Positions 42,676-52,740 of a stretch of 64,000 nucleotides of DNA are shown piece after piece (the first letter of the stretch is position 1; each line of letters begins with the position of its first letter). A model generated the notes under the pieces. That model did no database searches. It saw only the letters and a program-made list of their open reading frames with translations, and was not told the origin of the DNA. Source of the DNA: an uncultured Gemmatimonadaceae bacterium (GTDB lineage Bacteria; Gemmatimonadota; Gemmatimonadetes; Gemmatimonadales; Gemmatimonadaceae); assembly GCA_963716745.1 (NCBI GenBank), contig OY970320.1, positions 1 to 64,000 of the forward strand, given 5' to 3'. Both the position numbers and the translations under genes were made by a program.

Positions 42676-43514
42676 CGAGATCCGCCGCCTCAGCGACGAA
42701 CTCGCGCGCGACCCGTCGAGCCTCGTGTTCCTCCAGCTCGGCGAGGCGCTGCGGAAGGGCGGGCAGCTCGAGCTCGCGATGAAGGTGGCCATGCGCGGCC
42801 TCGAGCGGCACGCGCATAATGCCGACGCGCACGATCTCCTCGCGCGCATCTGCGTCGATCGCAATGAGCTCGAGCAGGCGTTCGACGAGTGGGACATGGT
42901 GCTGCGTCTCGCGCCGAATCACGTGGGTGCGCGCAAGGGGATGGGCTACGTGCTGTACAAGCAAGGCCGGCTCGAGGAGGCCGAGGATCATCTCGAGCGC
43001 CGCCGCATCGGGCGACCGGACCGATGCGTCGATCTCCACCGCGCTCCGCATGGTGCGCCGGCTGCTGCGCTACGCGCGCCTCGCCGGCAACGGCGCGAGC
43101 GATCCGGGCCCGGCCGAACTCGAAGCGGCACAGCGGCGCGTGGAGGAAGAGGCGCACTTCCTATTCGCCGACATCCTCGGCGACAGCGAGCAGACGGCAC
43201 TGCTGCTGAATTCCGATGGCCTCGTGACCGCGGGCGCGTATCTCTCGAGCGACGGTGAGGATGTCGCGCAGGAAGTGGGTGCGCAGCTCTCGGGCGTGCG
43301 CGACGACGCGCAGCGCACCGTGCGCCACCTCGATCTGGGGGAGTGGAAGCTCGTGCTGTACGAGACCGACGTCGCCGTGGTCGCGATCGCGCCGGCGCTC
43401 GACGACTCCATGGTGCTCGTGGCCGCGTCGCACGTGATGCCGCTCGGATTCGTGCGCCGCGTGCTCGACCGCTGCGTGCGGCGCGCCACGATGTGGCTCT
43501 CGGAGGTCGGATGA
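42668..43514 (+). CDS. TPR plus roadblock/LC7 fusion protein (apparent frameshift ~43000)
   Basis: TPRs in 42668..43000; roadblock pattern LLLNSDGL...LDLGEWKLVLYE...PLGFVRR in the next frame. Confidence 0.75.
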
Positions 43515-43858
43515 GCTCGCCCTTCGAGGATCTCCTCGCGACGCTCATCCGCCAGCGCGGCGTGCTCGGCTGCCTCGTGGTGGGCGAGCGCGACGGCATC
43601 ATCGTGGACTCCAACGTCCAAGTAGGCGTGCCGGAGAGCGTCGTCGCGGCGCTGGCGGCCGCGCTCTTCCGCCGCGCGCGCCTCTCGTCGCAGGCGGCGG
43701 GGCTCGGGCAAGTGACCTTCCTGCAGCTCGAGGCCACCGACGGCCACGTGTGCGTGGTCGGGCGCGAAGGGCTGGTGATCGTGACGCTCGCCGAGCCGCG
43801 CGCGCACATCGGGCTCATCCGCGGCGCGATGCTGCAGAGCGTGGAGGCACTCACGTGA
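43511..43858 (+). CDS. Roadblock/LC7 protein (MglC-like)
   Basis: GVLGCLVVGERDGIIV...GLGQVTFLQLE...HIGLIR. Confidence 0.82.
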   Translation: MSSPFEDLLATLIRQRGVLGCLVVGERDGIIVDSNVQVGVPESVVAALAAALFRRARLSSQAAGLGQVTFLQLEATDGHVCVVGREGLVIVTLAEPRAHIGLIRGAMLQSVEALT

Positions 43859-44370
43859 AGACGCACGTCGCCGAGCCGTGGGTCGAGGCGCCGCTGCAGG
43901 AATTCGTGGACGACGCGCGGGTGCTGTTCGCGCTCCTGCTGCATCCCAGCGGGCAGGTGCTCGGGCAGTTCGGCTTCACGCGCGCGGTGGATGTGATGGC
44001 GGCGTGCGCGCTCGCCGCCGGCATCCACGCGTCGGCGGGCCAGCTCGGCAAGGAGCTCGACGGCAAACCCTTCCGCGAGCTGTACCACGCGGGGCGCGAG
44101 CGCCATGTGTTCATCGGCGAGGTGCGCACCGCGCGCGAAGCGTTCATCTTCCTGACGGCGTTCGGCGACGAGAGCTCGCTCGGTCTCGTGCGCGTGTTCT
44201 TCGGCAATCTCTCGGCGCGGCTGGCCACCGTCGTGCCGCCGCGCGCCGACGGGCCGCCGCTCGCCGCGGCGAGTCTCGAGCAGGATCTCGCGCGGAGTCT
44301 CGCGGCGCTGTTCGGCCGCGTGCCCGCGGGTGCTGGCAACGGGGACGGGTCCGTCCCCCCGACTTCCTGA
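43855..44370 (+). CDS. mglB: MglB-like roadblock GAP
   Basis: ALAAG...PFRELYHAG...[11 protein letters not shown], directly upstream of mglA. Confidence 0.8.
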   Translation: MKTHVAEPWVEAPLQEFVDDARVLFALLLHPSGQVLGQFGFTRAVDVMAACALAAGIHASAGQLGKELDGKPFRELYHAGRERHVFIGEVRTAREAFIFLTAFGDESSLGLVRVFFGNLSARLATVVPPRADGPPLAAASLEQDLARSLAALFGRVPAGAGNGDGSVPPTS

Positions 44371-44377
44371 GCGCGAC

Positions 44378-44986
44378 GTGTCCCTCGTCAACTACGCCAC
44401 CCGCGAGATCACCTGCAAGATCGTCTACTACGGCCCCGGCCGTTCGGGGAAGACGACCAACTTGCATTACATTTACGAGCAGGTGCCGCGCGACCGCAAA
44501 GGGAAGATGGTCTCGCTCGCGACCCAGACCGATCGCACGCTCTTCTTCGACTTCCTGCCGTTCGACCTCGGGATGATCTCCGGTTTCACGACGCGCTTCC
44601 AGCTCTACACGGTGCCGGGCCAGGTGTACTACCACACCACTCGGAAGCTCGTGCTCCAGGGCGCCGACGGCGTGGTGTTCGTGGCCGACAGCCAGGCGCG
44701 CCAGCTGCAGGAGAACGTCGAGAGCATGCAGGACCTGCACACGAACGCCGCCGAGCACGGGATCGATGTGCGCACCATGCCGCTGGTCATCCAGTACAAC
44801 AAGCAGGACCTGCCGTCCGAGATGATCCTGGGCGTGCCGGCGCTGGAGGATGCGCTCAACTTCCGCGGCGTGCCGTCGTTCGCCGCCGATGCGCTGCACG
44901 GCGCCGGCGTGTTCGAGACGCTGCGGGGCATCGCCGAACTCGTGCTCCGGCGCCTGAGTGCCGCGGCGCCCGCGGGGAACCGGTGA
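44378..44986 (+). CDS. mglA: MglA family small Ras-like GTPase
   Basis: [32 protein letters not shown] and NKQD motifs. Confidence 0.95.
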   Translation: MSLVNYATREITCKIVYYGPGRSGKTTNLHYIYEQVPRDRKGKMVSLATQTDRTLFFDFLPFDLGMISGFTTRFQLYTVPGQVYYHTTRKLVLQGADGVVFVADSQARQLQENVESMQDLHTNAAEHGIDVRTMPLVIQYNKQDLPSEMILGVPALEDALNFRGVPSFAADALHGAGVFETLRGIAELVLRRLSAAAPAGNR

Positions 44987-46914
44987 CGGCCGAACTGGAT
45001 CCGCGCTACCGCTTCGAGAACTACATCGTCGGATCGGCCAATCGTCTCGCGGTCTCCGCCGCGAAGGCGGTGGCCCAGGCCCCGGGCACCGCGTACAACC
45101 CGCTGTTCATCTACAGCAGCTCGGGGCTGGGCAAGACGCACCTCATGATCGCCGTCGGCCACATGGCGATCCAACTGCAGCCCAACCTGCGGTCGCTCTA
45201 CATCACGCTCGACGAGTTCGTGGAGGAACTCACCGCCGCCGTGTCGTCGGGCACGATCGAGAATTACAAGCAGCGCTTCCAGGACGTGGACATCCTGCTG
45301 CTGGACGACGTCCAGTTCCTCGCCGGCCGGCGCGAGACGCAGAGCGAGATGCTGCGGCTGTTCAACGCGCTGCAGCGCGCGGGCAAGCAGATCATCCTCA
45401 CGAGCGACCGCCCACCGAACGAGATCGCCGACCTCGACGAGCGCCTCATCTCGCGCTTCGCCGGCGGACTCGTGGTGGACGTCGGCCTGCCCGATTACGA
45501 GACGCGCGTGGCCATCCTGCGCGCGAAGTGCGAGGAGCGGAAGGAGACGTTCGAGACCGGCGTGCTGGACGAGGTCGCGCGCATGAACTTCTCGAACGTG
45601 CGCGAGCTGCAGGGCGCGCTCAACCGCCTCATCGCGTGCCAGTCGCTCGGCGAGGCCGAGGTCACGGTGCGGAACGTGCGCGAGTTGCTCGGTGAGAAGC
45701 CCGACGCCGGCCCCGTGATGGCGCAGGCGCCCGCGCGGGGCGAGGAATTCGCGAGCTTCCTCAGCGACCTGAGCGATGTGGTGGCGCAGCACATCGACAC
45801 GTGGCGCGTGCGCGTCGTGGAAGCGATGACCTACTGGCATCAGCTCGGTTACGGCACCACGCTGCTCGAGCGCACGCTCGAACAGTCGGAGGAGCCGGAT
45901 GTCGACGCGCTGTTGCAGGGCTACGAGGCGAACATCGCGCGGCTCCGCGCGCTCGAGCAAGAAGCGATGCGCTACGATCCGGTGCTCGCCGAGTCGGAGG
46001 TGTTCAAGGATCCCGAGCGCGTGGGCGAGGCGGAATTGCTCGTGGCGCGGCAGATGGGCGGCGCGGAACCGCCGCCCGGCCCCGATCCCGAGCTGACGCG
46101 TGCCACGTTCGAGGTCGGGCCATCGAACCAACTCGCGGTCCACGCGGCCGACACGGTCGTGCTCGAGCCGGGCAGAAAGTACAATCCGCTCTTCCTGTAC
46201 GGCCCGCCGGGCGTGGGCGTCACGCACCTGCTGAACGCGCTCGCGAACGAGATGATCACGGCGGGCGGCGGCAAGCGGCCCGTCGCGTGCGTGAACGCGC
46301 AGCAGTTCATCGACGAACTGATCGTCGCGCTGCAGGAAGGCACGATCGAGCGGTGGCGGGCGCGCTACCGCCTCGTGGACGCGCTCCTGATCGACGATGT
46401 GCAGCTCTGCGCGACGGGCGAGCGCACGCAGGAAGAACTCTTTCACGTGTTCAACAGCTTGTACTCCGCCGGCAAGCAGGTGGTGCTCGGTGCCGACCGC
46501 GCCCCGCGCCAGATCGAGCGTCTCGAGGACCGGCTGCGCTCGCGCTTCGAGGGCGGACTCGTGGTGGAGATCCAGCCGCCCGACCATTCGCTGCGCGAGA
46601 AGCTGTACGCGCGCATGTTCGCCGCCGCGGGACAGCACGCCGATCGCGTGCTCGTGGATTTCCTGTCGGCGCGCGCCGTGGCGAACGTCGCGGAACTCGC
46701 GGCCACGGTCGACCGGCTCGTGAAGGCGGCGGGCGTGGTGGGCGTTCCGCTCAATGCATCGTTCGCGCGCAAGGAGCTCGAAGGCGGCGGCATCGCGCCC
46801 GCGCCGGCCCGCGCGATCGACGGGCGCGAGGCCGACAGCTTCTTCCTCGACGAGGAGAAGGTGGTCTGGGACTGGCCTGACGTGGCTGGCCGCGCGATCG
46901 AGGACCTCCGGTAA
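44983..46914 (+). CDS. Tandem DnaA/Hda-family AAA+ protein lacking DnaA domains I and IV
   Basis: Two YNPLF.Y...THL / DDVQ / RL.SRF.GGL modules separated by a helical linker; no C-terminal DnaA-box HTH. Confidence 0.88.
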   Translation: MTAELDPRYRFENYIVGSANRLAVSAAKAVAQAPGTAYNPLFIYSSSGLGKTHLMIAVGHMAIQLQPNLRSLYITLDEFVEELTAAVSSGTIENYKQRFQDVDILLLDDVQFLAGRRETQSEMLRLFNALQRAGKQIILTSDRPPNEIADLDERLISRFAGGLVVDVGLPDYETRVAILRAKCEERKETFETGVLDEVARMNFSNVRELQGALNRLIACQSLGEAEVTVRNVRELLGEKPDAGPVMAQAPARGEEFASFLSDLSDVVAQHIDTWRVRVVEAMTYWHQLGYGTTLLERTLEQSEEPDVDALLQGYEANIARLRALEQEAMRYDPVLAESEVFKDPERVGEAELLVARQMGGAEPPPGPDPELTRATFEVGPSNQLAVHAADTVVLEPGRKYNPLFLYGPPGVGVTHLLNALANEMITAGGGKRPVACVNAQQFIDELIVALQEGTIERWRARYRLVDALLIDDVQLCATGERTQEELFHVFNSLYSAGKQVVLGADRAPRQIERLEDRLRSRFEGGLVVEIQPPDHSLREKLYARMFAAAGQHADRVLVDFLSARAVANVAELAATVDRLVKAAGVVGVPLNASFARKELEGGGIAPAPARAIDGREADSFFLDEEKVVWDWPDVAGRAIEDLR

Positions 46915-48541
46915 TGGCGATCAAGGGCAGTCTCAAGGAGGCGTCGCTCCCCGACGTCCTGCAGCTCCTCGCCATGGGCCAGAAGACCGGCTGCCTGTCG
47001 GTCGCCGACCGCAACAACTTCGGCTACATCTACTTCGACCGCGGCCGCATCTCGTACGCGTCGATCGTGAACCGGCGCGACCGGCTGGGCGACCTGCTCG
47101 TGAAGCACGGCGTCGTGACGCAGCTCGAGCTCGACGTCGCGATCGAAGCGCAGAGCAAAGCGCACCGCGGCAAGCGCCTCGGCGAGATCCTCATCGAGCA
47201 GCAGATCCTCACGCGCGAGGAGCTGCACCGCTACATCCGCGTGCAGATCGAGGAAGCCGTGTACTACCTCTTCACTTGGACGCAGGGGACGTTCAGCTTC
47301 GAGGCGGACATGCGCCCCGAGGAGCACGACGTCCTCGTGTCGATCAATCCCGAATCGCTGCTGCTCGAAGGCGCGCGGCGCGTGGACGAGTGGAGCCTGA
47401 TCGAGAAGAAGGTGCCGAGCTTCGACATCATCTTCGAGGTGGACCGGACGCGGCTGGCGCAGAGCGAAGCGCAGCTCACGCCGGCACAGGAGCAGCTGAT
47501 CCCGCTGATCGACGGGCGGCGCGACGTGACGACGCTCATCGATGCGTCGGGCATCGGCGAGTTCGAGGTAGGGAAGGCGCTCTACGCCCTCGCGACCGCC
47601 GGCTATCTGCACCGCGCCGGCAAATCTCGCCCCGTGGACGACGGCGTGCGCGAGGCGCGCGTGGAGGAGCACCGCAATCTTGGCGTCGCGTTCTACAAGA
47701 CGGCGATGTTCGAGGAGGCCACGCGCGAGTTCCGGCGCGTGGTGGAGCTGAATGAGACCGACGTGCCGGCGCGCTTCTATCCTGGGGCTCGTCGCGATGC
47801 GGGAAGGGAAGTGGAGTGAGGCGGTGCTCACGCTCCGCGAGGCGGGCGCGCAGCCCAACGTGCGCCCGGCGATTTTCCACAATCTCGCCTACGCGCTCGA
47901 GCGCATGGGCCACTACGACGACGCGCGCGAGGCGCTGCAGGAGGCGATCCAGCGCGGCGGCCAGGAAGATCCGCGCATCCGCACGTCGCTCGGCGTGCTC
48001 GCGCTCAAGAGCGGCGACGTGGATGAGGCCGATGCGCTCGCTCACGGCGTCGCGTCTCCTCTGGGCCAAGCGGTCGCCGTCGCCGGCGTGGTTCCACTAC
48101 GCCGCGCTCGCGGCGGCGCTCACCGGCGAACTCGACCGCGCGCTCGAGATCGTGGCCGAAGGCGTGGAGCTGCACCCGCACGCCGCCGTGCTCTACAACA
48201 CGCTCGCCGCGGTGCACGAGCGCCGCGGCGACATGGCCGCCGCCGCGCGGGCTGCGGAAAGCGGGCTGCACGAGGACGGCTCGATCCCGCAGCTCTTCAA
48301 GAATCTCGGCGACTGCCTCTACCGCGCGTCGCGCTACGACGAGGCGCTCGAGGCGTTCCAGCGGGCGGTGAAGCTCGATCCCGCGCTGGGCGACGATGTG
48401 TACTTCAAGCTCGGCAACATCCGGTTCAAGTGGCAGGAGAAGGAGCAGGCGCTCGCGTACTGGGAGCGCGCGCTGGCCCTGAATCCCGAGAACGAGGTGA
48501 TCCGCACGAATCTCGATCTCGTGCGGACGATGCCCGAATGA
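46914..48541 (+). CDS. DUF4388 protein with MshEN-like motifs and C-terminal TPRs (apparent frameshifts ~47780 and ~48040)
   Basis: [35 protein letters not shown]; TPRs continue across three frames. Confidence 0.83.
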
Positions 48542-49360
48542 TCGCCGGCGCTCCGATGGCCGACGCCGATTTCGCGGCGCTCACGGCGAAGATCACGCGT
48601 GAGCGCGGCTTCGGCTGCGCGAGCTATAAGGAGAAGTGTCTGCGCCGCCGGATCGCGGTGCGCATGCGCGCGCGCGGCGTCCACACCTATCGCGACTACG
48701 CGCGCGTGCTCGACAGCGACGGCGCGGAGTACGAACGTCTTCTGGACGCGCTCACGATCAACGTGACGCGCTTCTTCCGGAATCCGGAGGCGTGGGAGGC
48801 GCTGGACGCGTTGGTGCTCGGACCCCTCATGACCGCGGGGCGGACGCCGCTGCGGATCTGGAGCGCCGGGTGCGCCTCGGGCGAGGAGCCGTACACGCTC
48901 GCGATCCTGCTGCAACGCCGCGCCACGCTGCTCGGCAAGAAGGCGCGGGCCGTTCGAGATCGTGGCGACCGACATCGATGCCGCGAGCCTCGAAGCCGCC
49001 GGGCGCGCCGTGTACGAGTCGTCGACGCTCGTGGACATGCCCGCCGATCTGCGCTCCGCGTACGTGACGGGCGACGGTCCCTTCACGATCGGTGCCGCGG
49101 TGCGCGCATCCGTGCGCCTGCGGCGCCACGATCTGCTGGGCGACGCGCCTCCCGGCGGTCCGTTCGATCTGATCGTCTGCCGCAACGTCACGATCTATTT
49201 CGACCGCCGCTCGCAGGAGGCGCTGCTCGAGCAATTCCACGGCGCACTCGCGCCCCTGGGCGTGCTCTTCCAGGGCAAGGTGGAGACGCTCACGGGCGCG
49301 GCGCGCGCGCGATTCGAGATCGTGGATGCGCGTGAACGCATCTTCCGCCGCGCCTCGTGA
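48538..49360 (+). CDS. cheR: Chemotaxis methyltransferase CheR (apparent frameshift ~48945)
   Basis: TINVTRFFR, IWSAGCASGEE, ATDID and CRNVTIYF motifs. Confidence 0.92.
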
Positions 49361-49839
49361 AGGAGATCCGCGTGCACGTCGCCGAGGCCGCCGTCGCTCA
49401 GGGGGACGCGATCATCGCCAGCGTGGGGCTGGGGAGCTGCGTCGCCATCGTGCTGCACGACGCCACCGCGAAGGTGGGCGGAGTCGCGCACGTGCTCCTG
49501 CCGAGCGACTCCATGGCGCGCGACCGCAGCAACCGCGCGAAATTCCCCTCGAGCGCGGTGCCGCTGCTGCTGGAGCAGATGCGCGCGCTCGGCGCGCTCG
49601 ACCGCCGGATCTCGGCGCGGCTCGTGGGCGGCGCGAGCATGTTCACCTCGCTCCTCTCGTCGGGCGGCATGCAGATCGGCGAGCGCAATCTGCTCGCGAG
49701 CCGCAAGGCGCTCGCGCTCGCGCGCATCCCGGTGATCGGCGAGGATGCCGGCGGCGGGCACGGCCGCAGCGTGTACCTCCACACCGGCGACGGGCGCCTG
49801 GAAGTGCGCTCGATGGCGAGAGGCAATGTCCTCCTCTAG
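49357..49839 (+). CDS. cheD: Chemoreceptor glutamine deamidase CheD
   Basis: GLGSCV, AHVLLP, GGASMF, IGERN and EDAGG motifs. Confidence 0.94.
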   Translation: MKEIRVHVAEAAVAQGDAIIASVGLGSCVAIVLHDATAKVGGVAHVLLPSDSMARDRSNRAKFPSSAVPLLLEQMRALGALDRRISARLVGGASMFTSLLSSGGMQIGERNLLASRKALALARIPVIGEDAGGGHGRSVYLHTGDGRLEVRSMARGNVLL

Positions 49840-50950
49840 TTCGCTCCGCACCGTCCTCGTCGTGGACGACAGCGCGTTCATGCGCAAGATCGTCGTGGAT
49901 CTCATCGACGGGTCGGGCGAATTCCGCGTGATCGGCACCGCGCGCCATGGCGCCGACGCGCTGAAGAAGGTGCGCGCGCTGGAACCCGACATCGTGACGA
50001 TGGACATCGAGATGCCGGAGCTCGATGGGCTCGCCGCGCTCGAGCGGATCATGCGCGATTCGCCGCGCCCGGTCGTGATGCTCAGTGGCGCCGCCACCGG
50101 CGGCGCACACGATCCCGTGCTCCGCGCGCTGGAGCTCGGCGCCGTGGACTTCCTGCGCAAGCCGTCGGGTCCGATCAGTCTCGACCTCGCCACGGTGCGC
50201 GAGCCGTTGCTCGAAGCGCTCCGCGCCGCGGCCGAAGTGAATCTCCGCGGCATGACCGCGCTCTCCGAGACGGTGGCCGGCGCCTCCGCGGCGAAGCATC
50301 CCGCGGCGGAGGGCGCGGCGTCGTGCGTCGTCGCGATCGCCAGCTCCACGGGAGGCCCGCGCGCGCTCGCCGAGGTCATCCCCGGCTTGCCGCGCACGCT
50401 CGACGCCGCGGTCGTGGTCGTGCAGCACATGCCCTCCGGATTCACGCGGAGTCTGGCCGAGCGATTGAACGCGCACAGCCGCTTGCGGGTGAGCGAGGCA
50501 CAGGACGGACAGCTGCTGCGGCGCGGTCATGTGTACGTCGCGCCGGGCGGCCGCCATCTGCGTCTGCGCGCGGGCACGGGTGGCGTACTACTCGCGCTCG
50601 ACGACACGCCGCCCGTGTGGGGCGTGCGCCCCGCCGCGGATCCGCTCTTCCGCTCGGCGGCGGAGTGCCTCGGCAACGCGGTCATCGGGATCGTGCTCAC
50701 CGGCATGGGCCGCGATGGCGCCGAAGGGTTGCGCGCGATCCGCGACGCCGGCGGCACCGGCATCGCGCAGGACCGCGCGACGTCGATCATCTTCGGGATG
50801 CCGCAGGCGGCGGCAATGGCGGGCGGCGCGACGCGTGTCCTGCCGCTCACGGAGATCGCCGCGGCCGTCGCCGAGATCGTCGCGCTGCGGCGCTCCGACA
50901 TCACCGCGCCGCGCGCCCGGCGCACGGTGGCCCGCAAGGAGGCGCCATGA
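49826..50950 (+). CDS. cheB: Chemotaxis methylesterase CheB (REC plus methylesterase)
   Basis: REC domain; SSTGG, QHMP and LTGMGRDG catalytic motifs. Confidence 0.95.
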   Translation: MSSSSSLRTVLVVDDSAFMRKIVVDLIDGSGEFRVIGTARHGADALKKVRALEPDIVTMDIEMPELDGLAALERIMRDSPRPVVMLSGAATGGAHDPVLRALELGAVDFLRKPSGPISLDLATVREPLLEALRAAAEVNLRGMTALSETVAGASAAKHPAAEGAASCVVAIASSTGGPRALAEVIPGLPRTLDAAVVVVQHMPSGFTRSLAERLNAHSRLRVSEAQDGQLLRRGHVYVAPGGRHLRLRAGTGGVLLALDDTPPVWGVRPAADPLFRSAAECLGNAVIGIVLTGMGRDGAEGLRAIRDAGGTGIAQDRATSIIFGMPQAAAMAGGATRVLPLTEIAAAVAEIVALRRSDITAPRARRTVARKEAP

Positions 50951-51414
50951 GTCTCATCGACGTTACCCATGGCGCTCCGCTCACGGGACTCGCGGAATTC
51001 CTGCTGTTCCGCGTCGGCAAGGAGTACTTCGCCATGCCGCTCGCGAACGCGGAGGAGGCGGTAGAGCGTCTCGAACGTCACTCGCTCCCCGGCATGCCGC
51101 GCGACATGGCGGGCGTCGCACAGTACCGGGGCATGCGGCTCCCGGTGTACGGCGCGGAGCAAGTGCTCGAGGTGGCCCGCGATGGAGGCGACGAGGATGT
51201 CACGCTCGTCGTGCGCGGGAAGGGTGGCAAGGTGGGCGTCATCGTGGATGATGTGGAGGATGTGATCATCGTGGATCTCTCGAGCGTACGCGCCGTGCCC
51301 GGCGCCACCATTGGCGAACCCGTGCTCTCGGGCGTGATCCCGCGTGGCACCGAACTCGTGGCGGTGTGCGATCCCGACGCGCTCGTGCGCGCTTGCCTCG
51401 GAGCCCGCGCATGA
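50947..51414 (+). CDS. cheW: CheW-like protein (divergent)
   Basis: FLLFRVGKEYFA...GVAQYRG...VGVIVDDVEDV. Confidence 0.8.
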   Translation: MSLIDVTHGAPLTGLAEFLLFRVGKEYFAMPLANAEEAVERLERHSLPGMPRDMAGVAQYRGMRLPVYGAEQVLEVARDGGDEDVTLVVRGKGGKVGVIVDDVEDVIIVDLSSVRAVPGATIGEPVLSGVIPRGTELVAVCDPDALVRACLGARA

Positions 51415-51887
51415 GCGCCGTGATGCAGCAGGTGGTGACGTTCCGCCTCGGCGACGACCGGTTCGCCGGCAATGTCGCGGCCGTCGAGCGCGTGCTGCGC
51501 TGGGTGAAGCCCACCACGCTGCCCGGACTGCCCGCGTGGCTCGACGGCGTGATCGAGCATCAGGGACGCGTGGTACCGGTGGTGGACCTCCGCACGCGCT
51601 TCGGCCTCGAGCGCCGCGAGCCGAAGCCCGAGACGCGCATCATCCTCTTCGCATCGGGCGACGAATGGATCGGCGCGGTGGTGGATGCCGTGCTCGAGGT
51701 CGTGGCCATTCCCGCCGACCGCGTGGCCGAACCGCCCAAGGTGTTCCGCGGGCTGCGCGCCGAGTACCTGCGCGGTCTCGTGCGGCAGGACGACGGCCTC
51801 ATCATCTTCCTCGACGTGCCGCACCTGCTCAATGCGAGCGAGCGCGTCGAACTCAAGAAGGCGGCCAAGGCGGCGATAGATGGCTGA
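51411..51887 (+). CDS. cheW: CheW protein
   Basis: VVTFRLG...GRVVPVVDLR...VVDAVLEV. Confidence 0.88.
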   Translation: MSAVMQQVVTFRLGDDRFAGNVAAVERVLRWVKPTTLPGLPAWLDGVIEHQGRVVPVVDLRTRFGLERREPKPETRIILFASGDEWIGAVVDAVLEVVAIPADRVAEPPKVFRGLRAEYLRGLVRQDDGLIIFLDVPHLLNASERVELKKAAKAAIDG

Positions 51888-52740
51888 CGAAGCGAGCGGG
51901 TTCCGTCAGCAGTACGATGCGATCGCGGCGCGCCTCGAGGACGCGGGTGCGCCGGATGCGCGCGATGCGATCAAGGGCGAGATCATCGCGCTGTTCAAGC
52001 AGCTGGAACAGGAGATCGCGCAGATGTCGGTGTTGCGCGACAATGTGAAGAAGCTCGTCGAGCGGTGGAAGCAGCTGCAGCAGTCATCGGCGCCGTCGAA
52101 CGCGCCCGAATTCGCGAGCGAACGGCCGGTAGTCGCCGACCACATCGGTGCGTCCACGTTCGTGGAGAAAGGCTGGAGCCTCATCTCGCTCGGCGATCAC
52201 GAAGGCGCCGAGCGCGCACTGCTCAAGGCACTCGAACTGTCGCCGAACGATCCGCAGACCGAGTCGCTGCTCGGCTGGGCCCAAATGCTGCAGGAGAAAT
52301 ACGACGAAGCGCTGCTGAACTTCCAGAAGGTGCTCATGCGCCAGCCGACGAACTCGCTGGCGCGCATCAACCTCGGCTACATCTGTCTCAAGAAGAAGAT
52401 CTTCGGCGAGGCGATCGAGCATCTGTCCAAGGCGATCCGCCTCGACAACGATCGCAAGGCCACGCTGTACGCGCACTTCTACCTCGGCCTCACCTATGCC
52501 GAGCGCGAGATGTACGAGGACGCGCAGACCTTCTTCCGCAAGACGCTGTCGATCGGGCCGAATCTGATCGAAGCGTACTACGAACTCGGCCGTGCGCTCT
52601 GGTTCGAAGGAAAGCAGGACGATGCGAAGCAGGCGTGGCGCGACGGACTCGCCGCCAACAAGTTCAATCCATGGGGGAAGCGCTGCGGCGAGATGCTGAA
52701 GCACGTCGAGGACGGGGGCGTGCCCTCGCGATCGTCCTAG
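51880..52740 (+). CDS. Coiled-coil plus TPR protein
   Basis: N-terminal heptad helix followed by about 5 TPRs. Confidence 0.82.
   Translation: MADEASGFRQQYDAIAARLEDAGAPDARDAIKGEIIALFKQLEQEIAQMSVLRDNVKKLVERWKQLQQSSAPSNAPEFASERPVVADHIGASTFVEKGWSLISLGDHEGAERALLKALELSPNDPQTESLLGWAQMLQEKYDEALLNFQKVLMRQPTNSLARINLGYICLKKKIFGEAIEHLSKAIRLDNDRKATLYAHFYLGLTYAEREMYEDAQTFFRKTLSIGPNLIEAYYELGRALWFEGKQDDAKQAWRDGLAANKFNPWGKRCGEMLKHVEDGGVPSRSS

Noticed and set aside
44983..46914. Calling this gene the replication initiator dnaA, with oriC nearby
   Set aside because: No domain I or IV, no dnaN/gyrB neighbours and no AT-rich DnaA-box region seen.
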